Positions 31,823 to 41,844 of a stretch of DNA of 64,000 bases are shown here, piece by piece. A program made the position numbers and the translations under genes. The stretch covers positions 544,001 through 608,000 of the forward strand of contig CAWBZV010000005.1 of the NCBI GenBank assembly GCA_963793305.1. Direction: 5' to 3'. Below the pieces are notes generated by a model. It was not told the DNA's origin and ran no database searches. It worked only from the letters and a program-made list of their open reading frames with translations. Origin of the DNA: an uncultured Gemmatimonadales bacterium. Lineage in GTDB: Bacteria > Gemmatimonadota > Gemmatimonadetes > Gemmatimonadales > Gemmatimonadaceae. Position 1 is the first letter of the stretch. Each line of letters begins with the position of its first letter.

Positions 31823-32554
31823 ATGCGTGCCACCGAAATCCGGACGCTCCTGGTCGATCCAGATCAGATGGCCCGGCGGGACCTGACCGCGGCGCTGCGG
31901 CGCCACGGTGATGTCCGGCTCATCTCCCGCTGTGGGACGGCGAAGGTGGGGGCCATCGCGATCAGAGCGCACCAACCGGATCTCGTCTTGCTCGACATAC
32001 GGTTGATGGCCCCGCTCCCTTCTCCGCCGATCGAGGAGGAGGTCCCCACGGACACCGCGCCGGCGCTGGTGGTCCTGACGACGCATGCCGACTCCACCGT
32101 CCGCGGCCACCATCCTGGCGCCGTGTGCTCTCTCGTGAAGCCCTGGACCGAGCACGACATTGATGAAACGATCGGGCGCGTTCGCGCGTGGATCCGACCG
32201 CGGCGCGCGCATCCTACGGACCGCTACTCGAATCGGCTGGCCCTGTGCTCAAACCATGGGATCATGTTGGTCGAGACGACCGTCATTGACTGGATCGAAG
32301 CGACCGACACCTGTGCCGTGGTGCACGTGGGAGACCATGCCCAGCCGGTTCGTGACACCATCAGTGATCTCGATCGGGCGCTGGATCCGAATCGATTCGC
32401 CCGTGTCAGCCGCACGGCCATCGTCAACGTCGAGCGGGTCCGCGCGGTTCGCCCCGAGCCCGGTCGGCGCTATGTCCTGTGGCTCGTCAACGGGGCGCGC
32501 ATCGTCACCAACCGCATGCGACCGGGATTCGTCGCCCCTTCGCTCGGGCTGTAA
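31823..32554 (+). CDS. LytTR-family response regulator, divergent receiver, no adjacent kinase
   Basis: PDLVLLDIRL, LVKP, IDWIEA and LDPNRFARVSRTAIVN. Confidence 0.82.
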   Translation: MRATEIRTLLVDPDQMARRDLTAALRRHGDVRLISRCGTAKVGAIAIRAHQPDLVLLDIRLMAPLPSPPIEEEVPTDTAPALVVLTTHADSTVRGHHPGAVCSLVKPWTEHDIDETIGRVRAWIRPRRAHPTDRYSNRLALCSNHGIMLVETTVIDWIEATDTCAVVHVGDHAQPVRDTISDLDRALDPNRFARVSRTAIVNVERVRAVRPEPGRRYVLWLVNGARIVTNRMRPGFVAPSLGL

Positions 32555-32578
32555 GCCGTCGCCGTCCACCCTTGTCGT

Positions 32579-33499
32579 TCATACTGCGAGCAGTCGCTCG
32601 TAGACATTGGCATCGACATTGCCGCCGCTGACGATGCAGCACACGTGAGCGCCGCGAAAGCGAGATGGGCTCGACAGCAGCGCCGCGACGCTGAGTGCCC
32701 CGGTCGGTTCCGCTTTGAGATGCGCATCGGTGAACAACATGCGCATCGCATCCCGAATCGCATCCTCGGAGACTTCGATCGCGCCGTGTACGGTGCTTTG
32801 GAGCACCGCCCAGGGCATGACTCCGACGCGTCGGCCGCGCGCCCCATCGGCAATGGTCGATGACTCGTGTTTGAGCGGCACGATCCGGCCCGTGGCCAGC
32901 GACCGGGCGAAGTCGTTCGCCAGGGCGGGCTCGGCCACCCACATGGGGGTTGGCCGACCACCGACCTCGAGGCCCGTCACGATTCCCGCGGCGAGTCCTC
33001 CCCCTCCGATCGGGGCGATCACCGCGTCGAATGCGCGAGCGGCCAGCTGATACCCGAGCGTGGCGTAGCCGGCGATCACGAGCGGATCATCGTGGGGTGT
33101 CGCGATATAGGCCTCGCGTTCCTCTTGAACGCACTCCCTCACTTTTGCCTCGCGCGTCATCACGCTGAGGTCGCAGAGCTCCAGGACGCCACCATACGCG
33201 CGAACCGCGTCCATCTTCACGCGGCTCGCGGTCGTTGCCATGACGATCCGGCATCGCTTCCCAGCGTGCTGGCACGCCAGGGCGAGCGCTGCGCCGAAGT
33301 TTCCGGAGCTGGCCGAGATGACGACCCGGTGCGGAATGTGGCGGACGAGATGATACGCGCCGCGAAAGGCAAAGCTGCCGGTCCATTGCATCGTCTCGCT
33401 CGCCAAGACCACTTTGGCTCCGACGCGCGCTGACAGCTGGGGCGCGTCGATGAACGTGGTCGGGCGAGGGTCGGGGATGACTACCGTTGCGACACTCAT
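32579..33499 (-). CDS. PLP fold-type II threonine/serine dehydratase-like protein lacking the canonical catalytic Lys
   Basis: TGSFAFRGA (family motif GSFKxRG), SSGNFG, PIGGGGL, TIADG, EPTGA and SGGNVD. Confidence 0.85.
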   Translation of the reverse strand: MSVATVVIPDPRPTTFIDAPQLSARVGAKVVLASETMQWTGSFAFRGAYHLVRHIPHRVVISASSGNFGAALALACQHAGKRCRIVMATTASRVKMDAVRAYGGVLELCDLSVMTREAKVRECVQEEREAYIATPHDDPLVIAGYATLGYQLAARAFDAVIAPIGGGGLAAGIVTGLEVGGRPTPMWVAEPALANDFARSLATGRIVPLKHESSTIADGARGRRVGVMPWAVLQSTVHGAIEVSEDAIRDAMRMLFTDAHLKAEPTGALSVAALLSSPSRFRGAHVCCIVSGGNVDANVYERLLAV

Positions 33500-33579
33500 G
33501 ACCCCTCTCCAGTCCCCGATGGCGCTACCTGTCGCTCGAGCGCCAGGCTCGATCCAACCTGGAGGGGATGACTGGTCCG

Positions 33580-33597
33580 GTCTTGAACGAACGCAAC
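33580..33597 (-). promoter_or_regulatory. 18-bp motif copy GTTGCGTTCGTTCAAGAC (consensus)
   Basis: Left member of a divergent pair. Confidence 0.78.
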
Positions 33598-33637
33598 GTC
33601 GGTCGATTTGAGGTTGCGCATAGCGCCTGAGCCATAT

Positions 33638-33655
33638 GTTGCGTGCGTTCAATAC
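33638..33655 (+). promoter_or_regulatory. 18-bp motif copy GTTGCGTGCGTTCAATAC
   Basis: Right member of the divergent pair. Confidence 0.72.
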
Positions 33656-33765
33656 GGTAGCGGGCCGGTGATTCAGACTTTGGACCTATCGCTTCTTGAT
33701 AGGTATGCTCGCCGCAGCGATGCTTGGTCCTACCATGCTTCACCACACACTTGCAAACTGGAGCG

Positions 33766-36136
33766 ATGACGCTACGCGTGATCGTGCTCGCGACGATCGG
33801 CCTCATGGCCATGGTGAGTCCGACTCCTCGAGCGGCGGACGATCCGCTGCGCCTGCCGACCGGGCTCCGACTCGATCCCGCTGGCCGCTCGATCCCGGTC
33901 GGCAATATGCCACTCGCTGCGCTGGCATCTCCCGATGGCCGATGGCTGGTCTTAAGCCTCTCCGGATACCGCGAGCAGGGCATTGAGGTCGTCGACCGCG
34001 CGTCCGGCGCGGTCGCGCAGCGCATCGCGCAGCCCGGCGCGTTCCTCGGGCTCGCCTGGAGCACTGATGGCGGCACGCTCTACGCATCAGGCGGGGTAGC
34101 CGATGCCGTGTACATATATAGTTGGCGGCCCGACTCCACCCACCCGGCCACATTGGCCGACAGCATCGCGCTCGGCCACCCCGACTCCACCAATCCGGGT
34201 ACGCGCTATCCCGCCGGCATCGCGCTCTCGCCCGACGGCCGCACGATGTACGTCGCCGAGAATCTGAGCGACTCGCTCGCCGTCATCGACCTCGCCATCC
34301 GTCGTGTCACCCAGCGCGTCAGCCTCGGTCCGTTCCCCTACGGGGTGGCCGTCGCCCCTAACGGCGACGTGTACGCGTCGGCGTGGGGCGCAGACTATGT
34401 CTCGGTATTCCACGCGAATGCCAACCGTCGGCTCACCGCCGATCGCGTCATCGAACGTCGGACGCCACCCGTCGGCACTCCTCTTCAACACCGATGGCAG
34501 CCGCTTGTTCGTCGCGTCGGCCAGCACGGACCGCGTCAGTGTGGTCGACCCCAAATCGCCCCGCGTCATCCGCTGGCTGCTCGATGCACCGCCCGATGGT
34601 GTGACCGAGGGCAGCACCCCGAACGCGCTGGCGCTGTCCCAGGACGGCACGCGGTTGTTCGTGGCCGAGGCCGACGCGAACGCAGTCGCCGTATTCGACC
34701 TCGCATCGAACACTCTGACCGGGCGCATTCCGACCGAGTGGTATCCGTCGGCGATCGTCGTCACGGGCGACTCCCTGTGGGTCGTCAATGGGAAGGGCCG
34801 CGGCGCCGGTCCGAACCCCCGCGGCAAGCAACCCAACATCGCGATCACCAAGACGAACGCCGCGAGCTATACGCTCGGACAGCTGAGTGGCACCGTCACG
34901 GTTGTCCCCGCCGCCCACGGCGTCGCACTGGACTCGCTGTCGGCCCGCGTCTCACGCGCGAACGGATGGAACCGACCGCGCGCACCGCGTGCGCACTATC
35001 CACCGTTCACGCACGTGGTCTACATCATCAAAGAGAACCGGACCTACGACCAGGTGTTCGGCGATCTCTCGCAGGCCGACGGCGACACGTCGCTCCTCTT
35101 CTTCCCCCGCCTGATCTCGCCCAACCATCACGCGCTCGCGGAGCGATTCGGGATCTTCGACCGGTTCTTCACGAACGCCGAGGTGAGTGAGCAAGGGCAT
35201 CAGTGGTCGATGGGCGCGTACGTGACGGACTACGCCGAGAAAACCACGTCCTCCACCTATCGCGGCAAGCGCCCGGAGCCGGACGAGCTGGGCGAAACGG
35301 ACGAACCGGCCAACGGATACTTGTATGACGCCGCGCGAAAGAAAGGCATCACGTTCCGGGATTACGGCGAGTTTGCCGAGACCCTACAACCTGACTCCAC
35401 CCGTCCGCCCATCTACCGCGCGGGCAAAGCTGCGCTCGCGCCATTCACCAGTTCGATTTATCCGCCATTCGACCTCGCCGTGCGCGATCAGGTCAGAGCG
35501 GACGCATGGCTCACCGAGCTGCACGAGTTCGAGCGCAGCGGACGGATGCCGGCGCTCGAGATTCTGCACCTGCCCTCGGACCACACGTCCGGCTCGCGGC
35601 CCGGCATGCCCACGCCCCGAGCCTACATGGCCGACAACGACCTCGCGCTCGGACGCATCATCGAAGGACTCTCGCGGTCACCGTTCTGGGCCCACACCGT
35701 CGTGTTCGTTCTCGAGGACGATGCCCAGGATGGGCCGGACCACGTCGACTCGCACCGCTCCGTGATGCTGGCGATCTCGGCGTGGAATCGCGGCGGTGTG
35801 CTGCATCGGTTCGTCAATACCACCGACGTCATGGCGACCATCGAAGAGATACTGGGACTCGGGTCGCTGTCCCAGTTCGACCATTTCGGCCGGCCATTGC
35901 GCGACATCTGGAGCACCCATCCCGACGTGCGCCCGTATGTGGCGCTCACACCAGCGCAGCCGCTGGCCGAGCTGAACATCGCCTCGGGTCCGGACCCTGA
36001 CGTCGACTACTCGCGTCCGGATCGCGTCGACGACGTGTTATTCAATCACCTCCTGTGGAGTCAGATCAAAGGATCGAACGTGCCGTATCCCACCATTCAC
36101 CGCGCTGCGATGCAGGAATTCGTCCGCGGACAATGA
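33766..36136 (+). CDS. YncE/YVTN beta-propeller plus phosphoesterase (alkaline phosphatase superfamily) protein (apparent frameshift at ~34454)
   Basis: Signal peptide, LPTG, SPDG repeats, HVVYIIKENRTYDQVFGD, LPSDHT and EDDAQDGPDHVDSHRS. Confidence 0.9.
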
Positions 36137-36281
36137 CGCGCATGCGAGCGCGCGGCGCGACCCCGCAGCTCCTCGCTGGCGGGCTAGCCGATGACCCTGA
36201 TGTCCGGGTACGCGTCGCCGTGTCACGCAACCCATGGGGAACAACGGGGTCAGCGATACCGCACGCCGTCGCCCATCGGCA

Positions 36282-38192
36282 TCATGCGGACCCATGTTTC
36301 GTCGTCCCAGCGGCGGCGAACGGATCCATCGACGCGAACGCCCGCCGGAGCTGATCGTCCGTCAGCAGCGGGAGCTGTGGGAGCAGCGGCGCGCGCGGAT
36401 CGAGGTGCGCAATTTCCGACGCATGCGCCGCGAGCCAATCCAGCAGCCCCCGCATGATCCTCGCATTCGCTTGCCCGTGCGGCGACGCGTCACCAATGTT
36501 GGGACTGATGATCGCACCTAACGCGAGGCGCGGCCGCAGCGCAAACGCGACTTCCGACAGCTTGGCTCTGAACTCGAGATCGGCGGTGGGCAGGTCGAGG
36601 CCGAGCGCATTGTCGATCGCGTGTCGCCCTTCGTGCGCGAAGATCGAACTTTCCTCGAACGCTCGTCCGTACTCACCTTCGAATGCGGCCTCCAGCACGA
36701 GACCGCTGTCGCCGGATTGCCGGAGCGAGTCGAGGAGCGACGGCATACCGTCGCGCTGCAGGCGTTCGGCAACGCCGGCAAAGTACGCCATCGGGTGCGC
36801 GGCGGCGCTCGCCGCATCGGCCACGCTGTCTGCGGCGATGCGTCGTGTCTGCTTGGCGACCTCGGTCAGGTCGGTCATCTGGCGCCACATCATGATGGGC
36901 TGTGTCACATAGCCACGACGGATCTCGACAATGAGGTTCTTGTTCCCCCAGCCGCCATGCGACGCCCTGCCGTCCCACGCCCACGTCTGGTAGCCATTGG
37001 AGACCATGCCGTCGAGGACCACGAGTCGCACGGTCGCCTCGTGTCCATACTGACGCACCGTGCGGCGGTCATCCACGACACGGTGACCCATGTGCAGGTC
37101 GAATTGGCCGGCCGTCTCACCGACATTGACGACCACGTTGAAGCGCTGATCCAGCACGCGCGTGACGCTATCGAAGGTTATCGACGCCGTCGGGGCGCGT
37201 CCGGTCAGTCGCGACCATACGGCCCGCCCGTGTCGTTCGATGTCGCGCCGCCAGCCCGCTGAATCGCCGCGTCCGAGCGCGATCTGTCGGTAGTATGCGT
37301 TGGTCGTTTGGACGAGTGTGTCGAGGAAGTCATGATAGGCGACGATCGCGACGAGGCGTGGGTCGAGTCTCTGCGTCTGCCGATCACGTGCCAAGAGCGC
37401 CGCTTCATCGAAAAGACCTGACGCCGCGAGGGCGACCGCTGTCGCCGCGGCGCGCGCGCCGGAGAGTGGGTCGGGATCGTGAGCCAGCATCTTCTCGAGG
37501 GTGCGACGTTGCGCCGCCAGCGGCCCGTGAAGCGAATCGCCGGTGCCGATCAGATAGTACGAGCGCCATCCCTCGCGGATCGCGTCACCGTCCATCGTGA
37601 GCACCCCACCCCGCACGAGCAAGCGCGCCGGATCGAGTGACCCCGGCGATCGGCGTACGACATCCTTCAACCGCGCGACGACTGCCGAGAGCGAGTCGGG
37701 TGAGGGCCCACTCCCAGATCGTGCTCTGGACGCATGCTCAAATCGCGCCGTGGCCAATGCTTGGAGCGCGAGCACTGAATCGGACGCCGGCCCCGTCACG
37801 GACAAGGCCTCCGCAGCGTCACGTTCCGCCTCGTCGTATTGGCCATACTCGGTCAGCATGCGAGCGCGTTCCCGCAACGACGCACCCCGGCCGTCGGGAA
37901 CGATCGCCAGTGAGTCGAGCAGCCGCGCGGCCGTGACCGTGTCCCGGTGAATGCGCCAGGCGATAGTGGCCAAGGTCGTGAACGCCTCGATGCGATCGGC
38001 GGACGTGGTATCGGTCGCGATGACGTCGTGGTACGCCCGCGCAGCCGCATCGAGGTCATTGGCAATGAACGCCGCGCGAGCACGATCAATCGCTCCGTCA
38101 TCGCGACCGACTGGAGAGAGCACGGCGAGTGCGGACGCGAGAACCATCCGCCGCGCGACGTGAGGGAGTGGCACGAGCACCCATGCGTCCAT
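36282..38192 (-). CDS. hypothetical exported helical-repeat protein with HExxH motif
   Basis: Long ORF, signal-like N-terminus, TPR-like helices, and SIFAHEGRHAID followed by LEFRAKLSE. Confidence 0.65.
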   Translation of the reverse strand: MDAWVLVPLPHVARRMVLASALAVLSPVGRDDGAIDRARAAFIANDLDAAARAYHDVIATDTTSADRIEAFTTLATIAWRIHRDTVTAARLLDSLAIVPDGRGASLRERARMLTEYGQYDEAERDAAEALSVTGPASDSVLALQALATARFEHASRARSGSGPSPDSLSAVVARLKDVVRRSPGSLDPARLLVRGGVLTMDGDAIREGWRSYYLIGTGDSLHGPLAAQRRTLEKMLAHDPDPLSGARAAATAVALAASGLFDEAALLARDRQTQRLDPRLVAIVAYHDFLDTLVQTTNAYYRQIALGRGDSAGWRRDIERHGRAVWSRLTGRAPTASITFDSVTRVLDQRFNVVVNVGETAGQFDLHMGHRVVDDRRTVRQYGHEATVRLVVLDGMVSNGYQTWAWDGRASHGGWGNKNLIVEIRRGYVTQPIMMWRQMTDLTEVAKQTRRIAADSVADAASAAAHPMAYFAGVAERLQRDGMPSLLDSLRQSGDSGLVLEAAFEGEYGRAFEESSIFAHEGRHAIDNALGLDLPTADLEFRAKLSEVAFALRPRLALGAIISPNIGDASPHGQANARIMRGLLDWLAAHASEIAHLDPRAPLLPQLPLLTDDQLRRAFASMDPFAAAGTTKHGSA

Positions 38193-38203
38193 CGACCGTG
38201 ACC

Positions 38204-38547
38204 TCACGTGCCCCACTCGGCGCGCGGGGGAGAAAGATGTCGAGCTCCACCGTGTCCTCGAGCGCGAGAGCGCGGTGGGGAACATTCGCGGGAACGTGCA
38301 GCACCTCACCGGCGCTCACCACGACGCGCTGCTCGTCGTGTGGCCCGATCCAGAACTGCAGCTTGCCCTCCAACACGTACGTGAGCTGCTCGTTCTCGTG
38401 CTGATGGGGTTCGACAACGCAGCCACGGCGCCGGAACGCGCGCGTGAGCGTGAGGCGGTCACCAGAGATGACGTGCCGGCGAAGATCGGGAGACTCGATG
38501 GGCGGGATCTCGTCCCATCGATACAATGTGCCCGAACTATCATCCAT
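38204..38547 (-). CDS. cupin domain protein (apparent 1-nt deletion at ~38235)
   Basis: PHQHENEQLTYVLEG and VPANVPH. Restoring one T gives DIFSPPRAEWGT-stop. Confidence 0.85.
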
Positions 38548-39463
38548 CAGCATGCTCCACGCCCACGACAAAGGAGTCGTCGGGCGCGACGTAGGCGTAC
38601 GCCATTCGGGTGGTGTTGAACGCGAAGCCGCTGGTGCCGTCGGCGCCGATGAGGATCAACCCCCCATTCCCTCGACCGCGGAGGCGCAGGTGGCCTGCCG
38701 AGAGTCGTGCGGCCTCGCGGGGCGTGTGCCCGCTGCGGAGGTACTCGACCGCAGTCTTCGCCAGCACCACGCGCATGATCGCTTCGCCCAAACCCGTGCA
38801 CGACACCCCGCCGGCCTCGGCATCGGCGTAGCACCCACAGCCGATCAGCGAGGAGTCGCCGACACGACCGCGATGCTTGCAGAGCGTCCCGCCGGTCGAC
38901 GTACCGGCCACGAGCCCACCCGTGCTATCGATGGCGACGGCTCCGACAGTGCCCATGGCGTGCTCGGTCGTGAAGTCCGAGAGCCCAGCGTCCGGCCTGC
39001 CGCGCCACTCGAGCCACGCGGCGCGCTCGCGTTCGACCACCAGCTCCGACGGGTCGCAGAGTGGCAGTCCTTGCTCTGCGGCGAATTGTCGGGCGCCCTC
39101 CCCGACCAGCATCATGTGCTCGCCAAGCTCGAGGATCCGTCGGGCGAGGGTGATCGGGTTGCGCACCCCGCGCACGCCGGCAACGGCACCCGCGTTCAGT
39201 GTGACGCCGTCCATGATCATCGCATCCAGCTCGACGTAGCCATCCCGATTGAGGTGCGACCCCGTCCCTGCATCGAACACGGGGCGGTCCTCCAGGACCC
39301 GAATGGCCGACTCCACCGCGTCGAACGCGCTCCCGCCACGCGAAAGGATCGCCCAACCCGCGGCGAGCGCGTCGTGGCAACCGGCGCGACAGTCGGCGAC
39401 CGCCGCGTCGGGGATGTTCCAGGCACCGCCGTGTACGATGAGCGATGGGTGCATAGGGGTCAT
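38540..39463 (-). CDS. iaaA: isoaspartyl peptidase / L-asparaginase (Ntn hydrolase)
   Basis: LIVHGGAW, ELDAMIMDG, GTVGAVA (Thr nucleophile), TSTGG, GRVGDS and TGLGE. Confidence 0.92.
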   Translation of the reverse strand: MTPMHPSLIVHGGAWNIPDAAVADCRAGCHDALAAGWAILSRGGSAFDAVESAIRVLEDRPVFDAGTGSHLNRDGYVELDAMIMDGVTLNAGAVAGVRGVRNPITLARRILELGEHMMLVGEGARQFAAEQGLPLCDPSELVVERERAAWLEWRGRPDAGLSDFTTEHAMGTVGAVAIDSTGGLVAGTSTGGTLCKHRGRVGDSSLIGCGCYADAEAGGVSCTGLGEAIMRVVLAKTAVEYLRSGHTPREAARLSAGHLRLRGRGNGGLILIGADGTSGFAFNTTRMAYAYVAPDDSFVVGVEHADG

Positions 39464-39490
39464 TGTATACAACGGCTGAGAATTGTATAC
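39463..39490. promoter_or_regulatory. GntR/FadR-type operators: TTGTATACAA (39463-39472) and TTGTATAC (39483-39490)
   Basis: Perfect palindrome plus a second copy, in the short gap between iaaA and the divergent GntR gene. Confidence 0.75.
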
Positions 39491-39503
39491 TCCAGCAGTC
39501 TCG

Positions 39504-40265
39504 ATGTCCAGACGCGCAACCGGATCCACTCTCGTGGCGCCCCACGGCGAGCGAGCCGACCAGGCCTACGATCGACTCCTGGCGCTCATCGTGCGTGGCC
39601 GCCTGGCGTCTGGCACCCGCGTGACGGAGGCCGCCCTGGCGCTTGAGCTGGGCATGAGTCGGACGCCGGTTCGCTCGGCGCTCGACCGGCTCACCCAAGA
39701 GCGTTTTGTGGTTCCGGCGTCGGCGGGCTTGCGCGTCGAACTCGTCGTCGCCCCCCTCACCGAGGCCGATATTCGGGAGCTGTGGACGGTCATGGCCGCG
39801 CTCGAGGGCGCCGCCGCTCTGGGGCTCGATGACATGGCGCGCACCACGCTCCGGCGACTGGCCTTCGCTATGCGAGCGACGAACGACGAGCTGGCGCGCC
39901 TCACCCGGAAGCGTTCGCGCCCGACGGATCGGATCGGCGAGCTGATGGCGCACTTTCACATGCTCTTCATGGACACCTGTGCGGGGCCGCGCCTGCGGAC
40001 GCTCCATGCGTCGGTCCTCCCGCACGTGCAGCGGTACGAGTGGGCCTATCATCCGACCCACGACTACGAGCCATCCATCGCCGAGCACGCCACGATCTGC
40101 CAAAAGATCGAGTCGGGCGATCACAAGCGCCTGCGCACCCTCATCGAATCGCACTGGACATGTGGTATGGAGCGGCGCCTCGAACAGACTCGCACCGCGG
40201 TCGCCACCATCAGCCCGCCGCGATCCGCTATCTCGGCCCGTTGGCCGATAGGCCCGCGTTCGTGA
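39504..40265 (+). CDS. GntR-family regulator with FCD domain
   Basis: EAALALELGMSRTPVRSAL HTH, FHMLF and SIAEHATI. Confidence 0.9.
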   Translation: MSRRATGSTLVAPHGERADQAYDRLLALIVRGRLASGTRVTEAALALELGMSRTPVRSALDRLTQERFVVPASAGLRVELVVAPLTEADIRELWTVMAALEGAAALGLDDMARTTLRRLAFAMRATNDELARLTRKRSRPTDRIGELMAHFHMLFMDTCAGPRLRTLHASVLPHVQRYEWAYHPTHDYEPSIAEHATICQKIESGDHKRLRTLIESHWTCGMERRLEQTRTAVATISPPRSAISARWPIGPRS

Positions 40266-41097
40266 GGGGATGCGGCCGGTCGGCGGGGTGCGTGGTCACG
40301 CGCAGCTCGTACAGGTGGCCGCGCTCGACCTCTTCCAACTGTGAGAGCAACAGATTGAGATCATCGTATGGGCTGAGATACCGGCCGGTCAGCGCGTCGA
40401 CCTTGCCCGACGCCAGCGTCAGTGCGAGATGCGCGGAGCGCTCGGGCGGAATGTCCAAGCCCTGGTCGAAGATCCGGCGGAACCAGGGCAGCCACCGCTG
40501 GCCTTCAGCGGTGCCGAGCGCCTGCTCGGCCATTGCCGTCCGCACAGTGCCAGGCGACATCGCGAATGCGGTGACCCCGTATGGCTTCGCCTCGAGGGCT
40601 ACGCACTCGGTCAACCGCACGAGCGCTGTCTTGCTGGTTTGGTAGGCCGATAGGTAGGCCATCGATCCCATACCAGTCACAAGGTTGATGACTCGCCCGC
40701 GTCGGCGCCCGATCATGCCGGGCAACGCCGCTCGCATCGTGAGCCATGGTCCGCGCGCGTTGACGTCGATCGCGCGCCACCAGTCGTCGAGGTTGGATTC
40801 CCAGAGTGGACCGAACGGACCGGCCACGCCGGCGTTATTGACGAGGATGTCAATCGGGCCGACGGCGGCCATCACCGCATCAACCGCTCGCGGATTGGTG
40901 ACATCCAGAACAATCGCTCTCGCGCGTCCTCCGCGCTCCACGATGGATGTGACCGTCTCGTCGAGCTCATCCCGAGAACGAGCGCACACGACCACGAAGG
41001 CGCCCGCGTGTGCGAATGTCTGGGCGATCGCTCGCCCGATGCCGCGGCCGCCACCGGTGACGACCGCCGTCATTCCCTCGAGTGCATTCTCGGACAC
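40228..41097 (-). CDS. short-chain dehydrogenase/reductase
   Basis: TGGGRGIG, NNAG, YQTSK and PGTVRT. Confidence 0.92.
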   Translation of the reverse strand: MSENALEGMTAVVTGGGRGIGRAIAQTFAHAGAFVVVCARSRDELDETVTSIVERGGRARAIVLDVTNPRAVDAVMAAVGPIDILVNNAGVAGPFGPLWESNLDDWWRAIDVNARGPWLTMRAALPGMIGRRRGRVINLVTGMGSMAYLSAYQTSKTALVRLTECVALEAKPYGVTAFAMSPGTVRTAMAEQALGTAEGQRWLPWFRRIFDQGLDIPPERSAHLALTLASGKVDALTGRYLSPYDDLNLLLSQLEEVERGHLYELRVTTHPADRPHPLTNAGLSANGPR

Positions 41098-41105
41098 GAG
41101 CTATT

Positions 41106-41669
41106 TCAATTCGGCTGGAATCCCGCGGCGCGGAGGAGGGAACGCTCCAATTTTCCGGTACTTGGGCAATAGACCGGCGTCGCGCTCGTCGCCAGGTCGA
41201 TTGCCATCGCCGTCGCCAGCGTCGTGACGCGCGTATTCTGTGCGTCTTTCGCGCTCAAGGTCGAGACGACGGAGATACTGAGCTGATACGAGTCGGCGCG
41301 CGGCGTGCCGATGGTGGCATCATTGCCGCAATCAAAGAACGTCGAGAGATGGGAGCCGAGAAATGTCCTCATCGCGACGATGTGCCTGTTGCCGAGCATG
41401 TGCTGCGCCGGATCGCTGGTCTTGATGTCCACGCCCAGGCTCTGATATGCCGCGTTGAGCGCGGCGTAGGCCGAATCGAGGGGCGCCGACACGACGGTTT
41501 GGTTCCCGACATCGGCGTTGGTGTACACCATGTGTGGTGCCTCGAGCCCATTCTGGGTGCCAGATGCCGTCTCGACGACCTCTCGGATCCCGCCCTCTGG
41601 CGGCGGACCGCCTCCGCTGGTGCATCCCAGCGCGCTCAGCGCCATCGCACAGACCACGACTCGCATCAT
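41106..41669 (-). CDS. hypothetical lipoprotein
   Basis: AGGAGG RBS; signal MMRVVVCAMALSALGC with lipobox. Confidence 0.7.
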   Translation of the reverse strand: MMRVVVCAMALSALGCTSGGGPPPEGGIREVVETASGTQNGLEAPHMVYTNADVGNQTVVSAPLDSAYAALNAAYQSLGVDIKTSDPAQHMLGNRHIVAMRTFLGSHLSTFFDCGNDATIGTPRADSYQLSISVVSTLSAKDAQNTRVTTLATAMAIDLATSATPVYCPSTGKLERSLLRAAGFQPN

Positions 41670-41777
41670 GATGGTTCGCCTCCTATTTACCGCCCCTGTC
41701 GAACACGGCATTGATCTTCCATGAAGATGGCGAGCAGCAGAGGCACTGTGATACACTGGTCATGCACTCAGGTCCGC

Positions 41778-41795
41778 GTCTTGAATGAATCCAAC
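41778..41795 (-). promoter_or_regulatory. 18-bp motif copy GTTGGATTCATTCAAGAC
   Basis: Upstream of the lipoprotein gene. Confidence 0.7.
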
Positions 41796-41844
41796 ACCGA
41801 CGCGTCTCTTGACACGCATCGGTCGGCCTCGCAGATCTTCGGCC

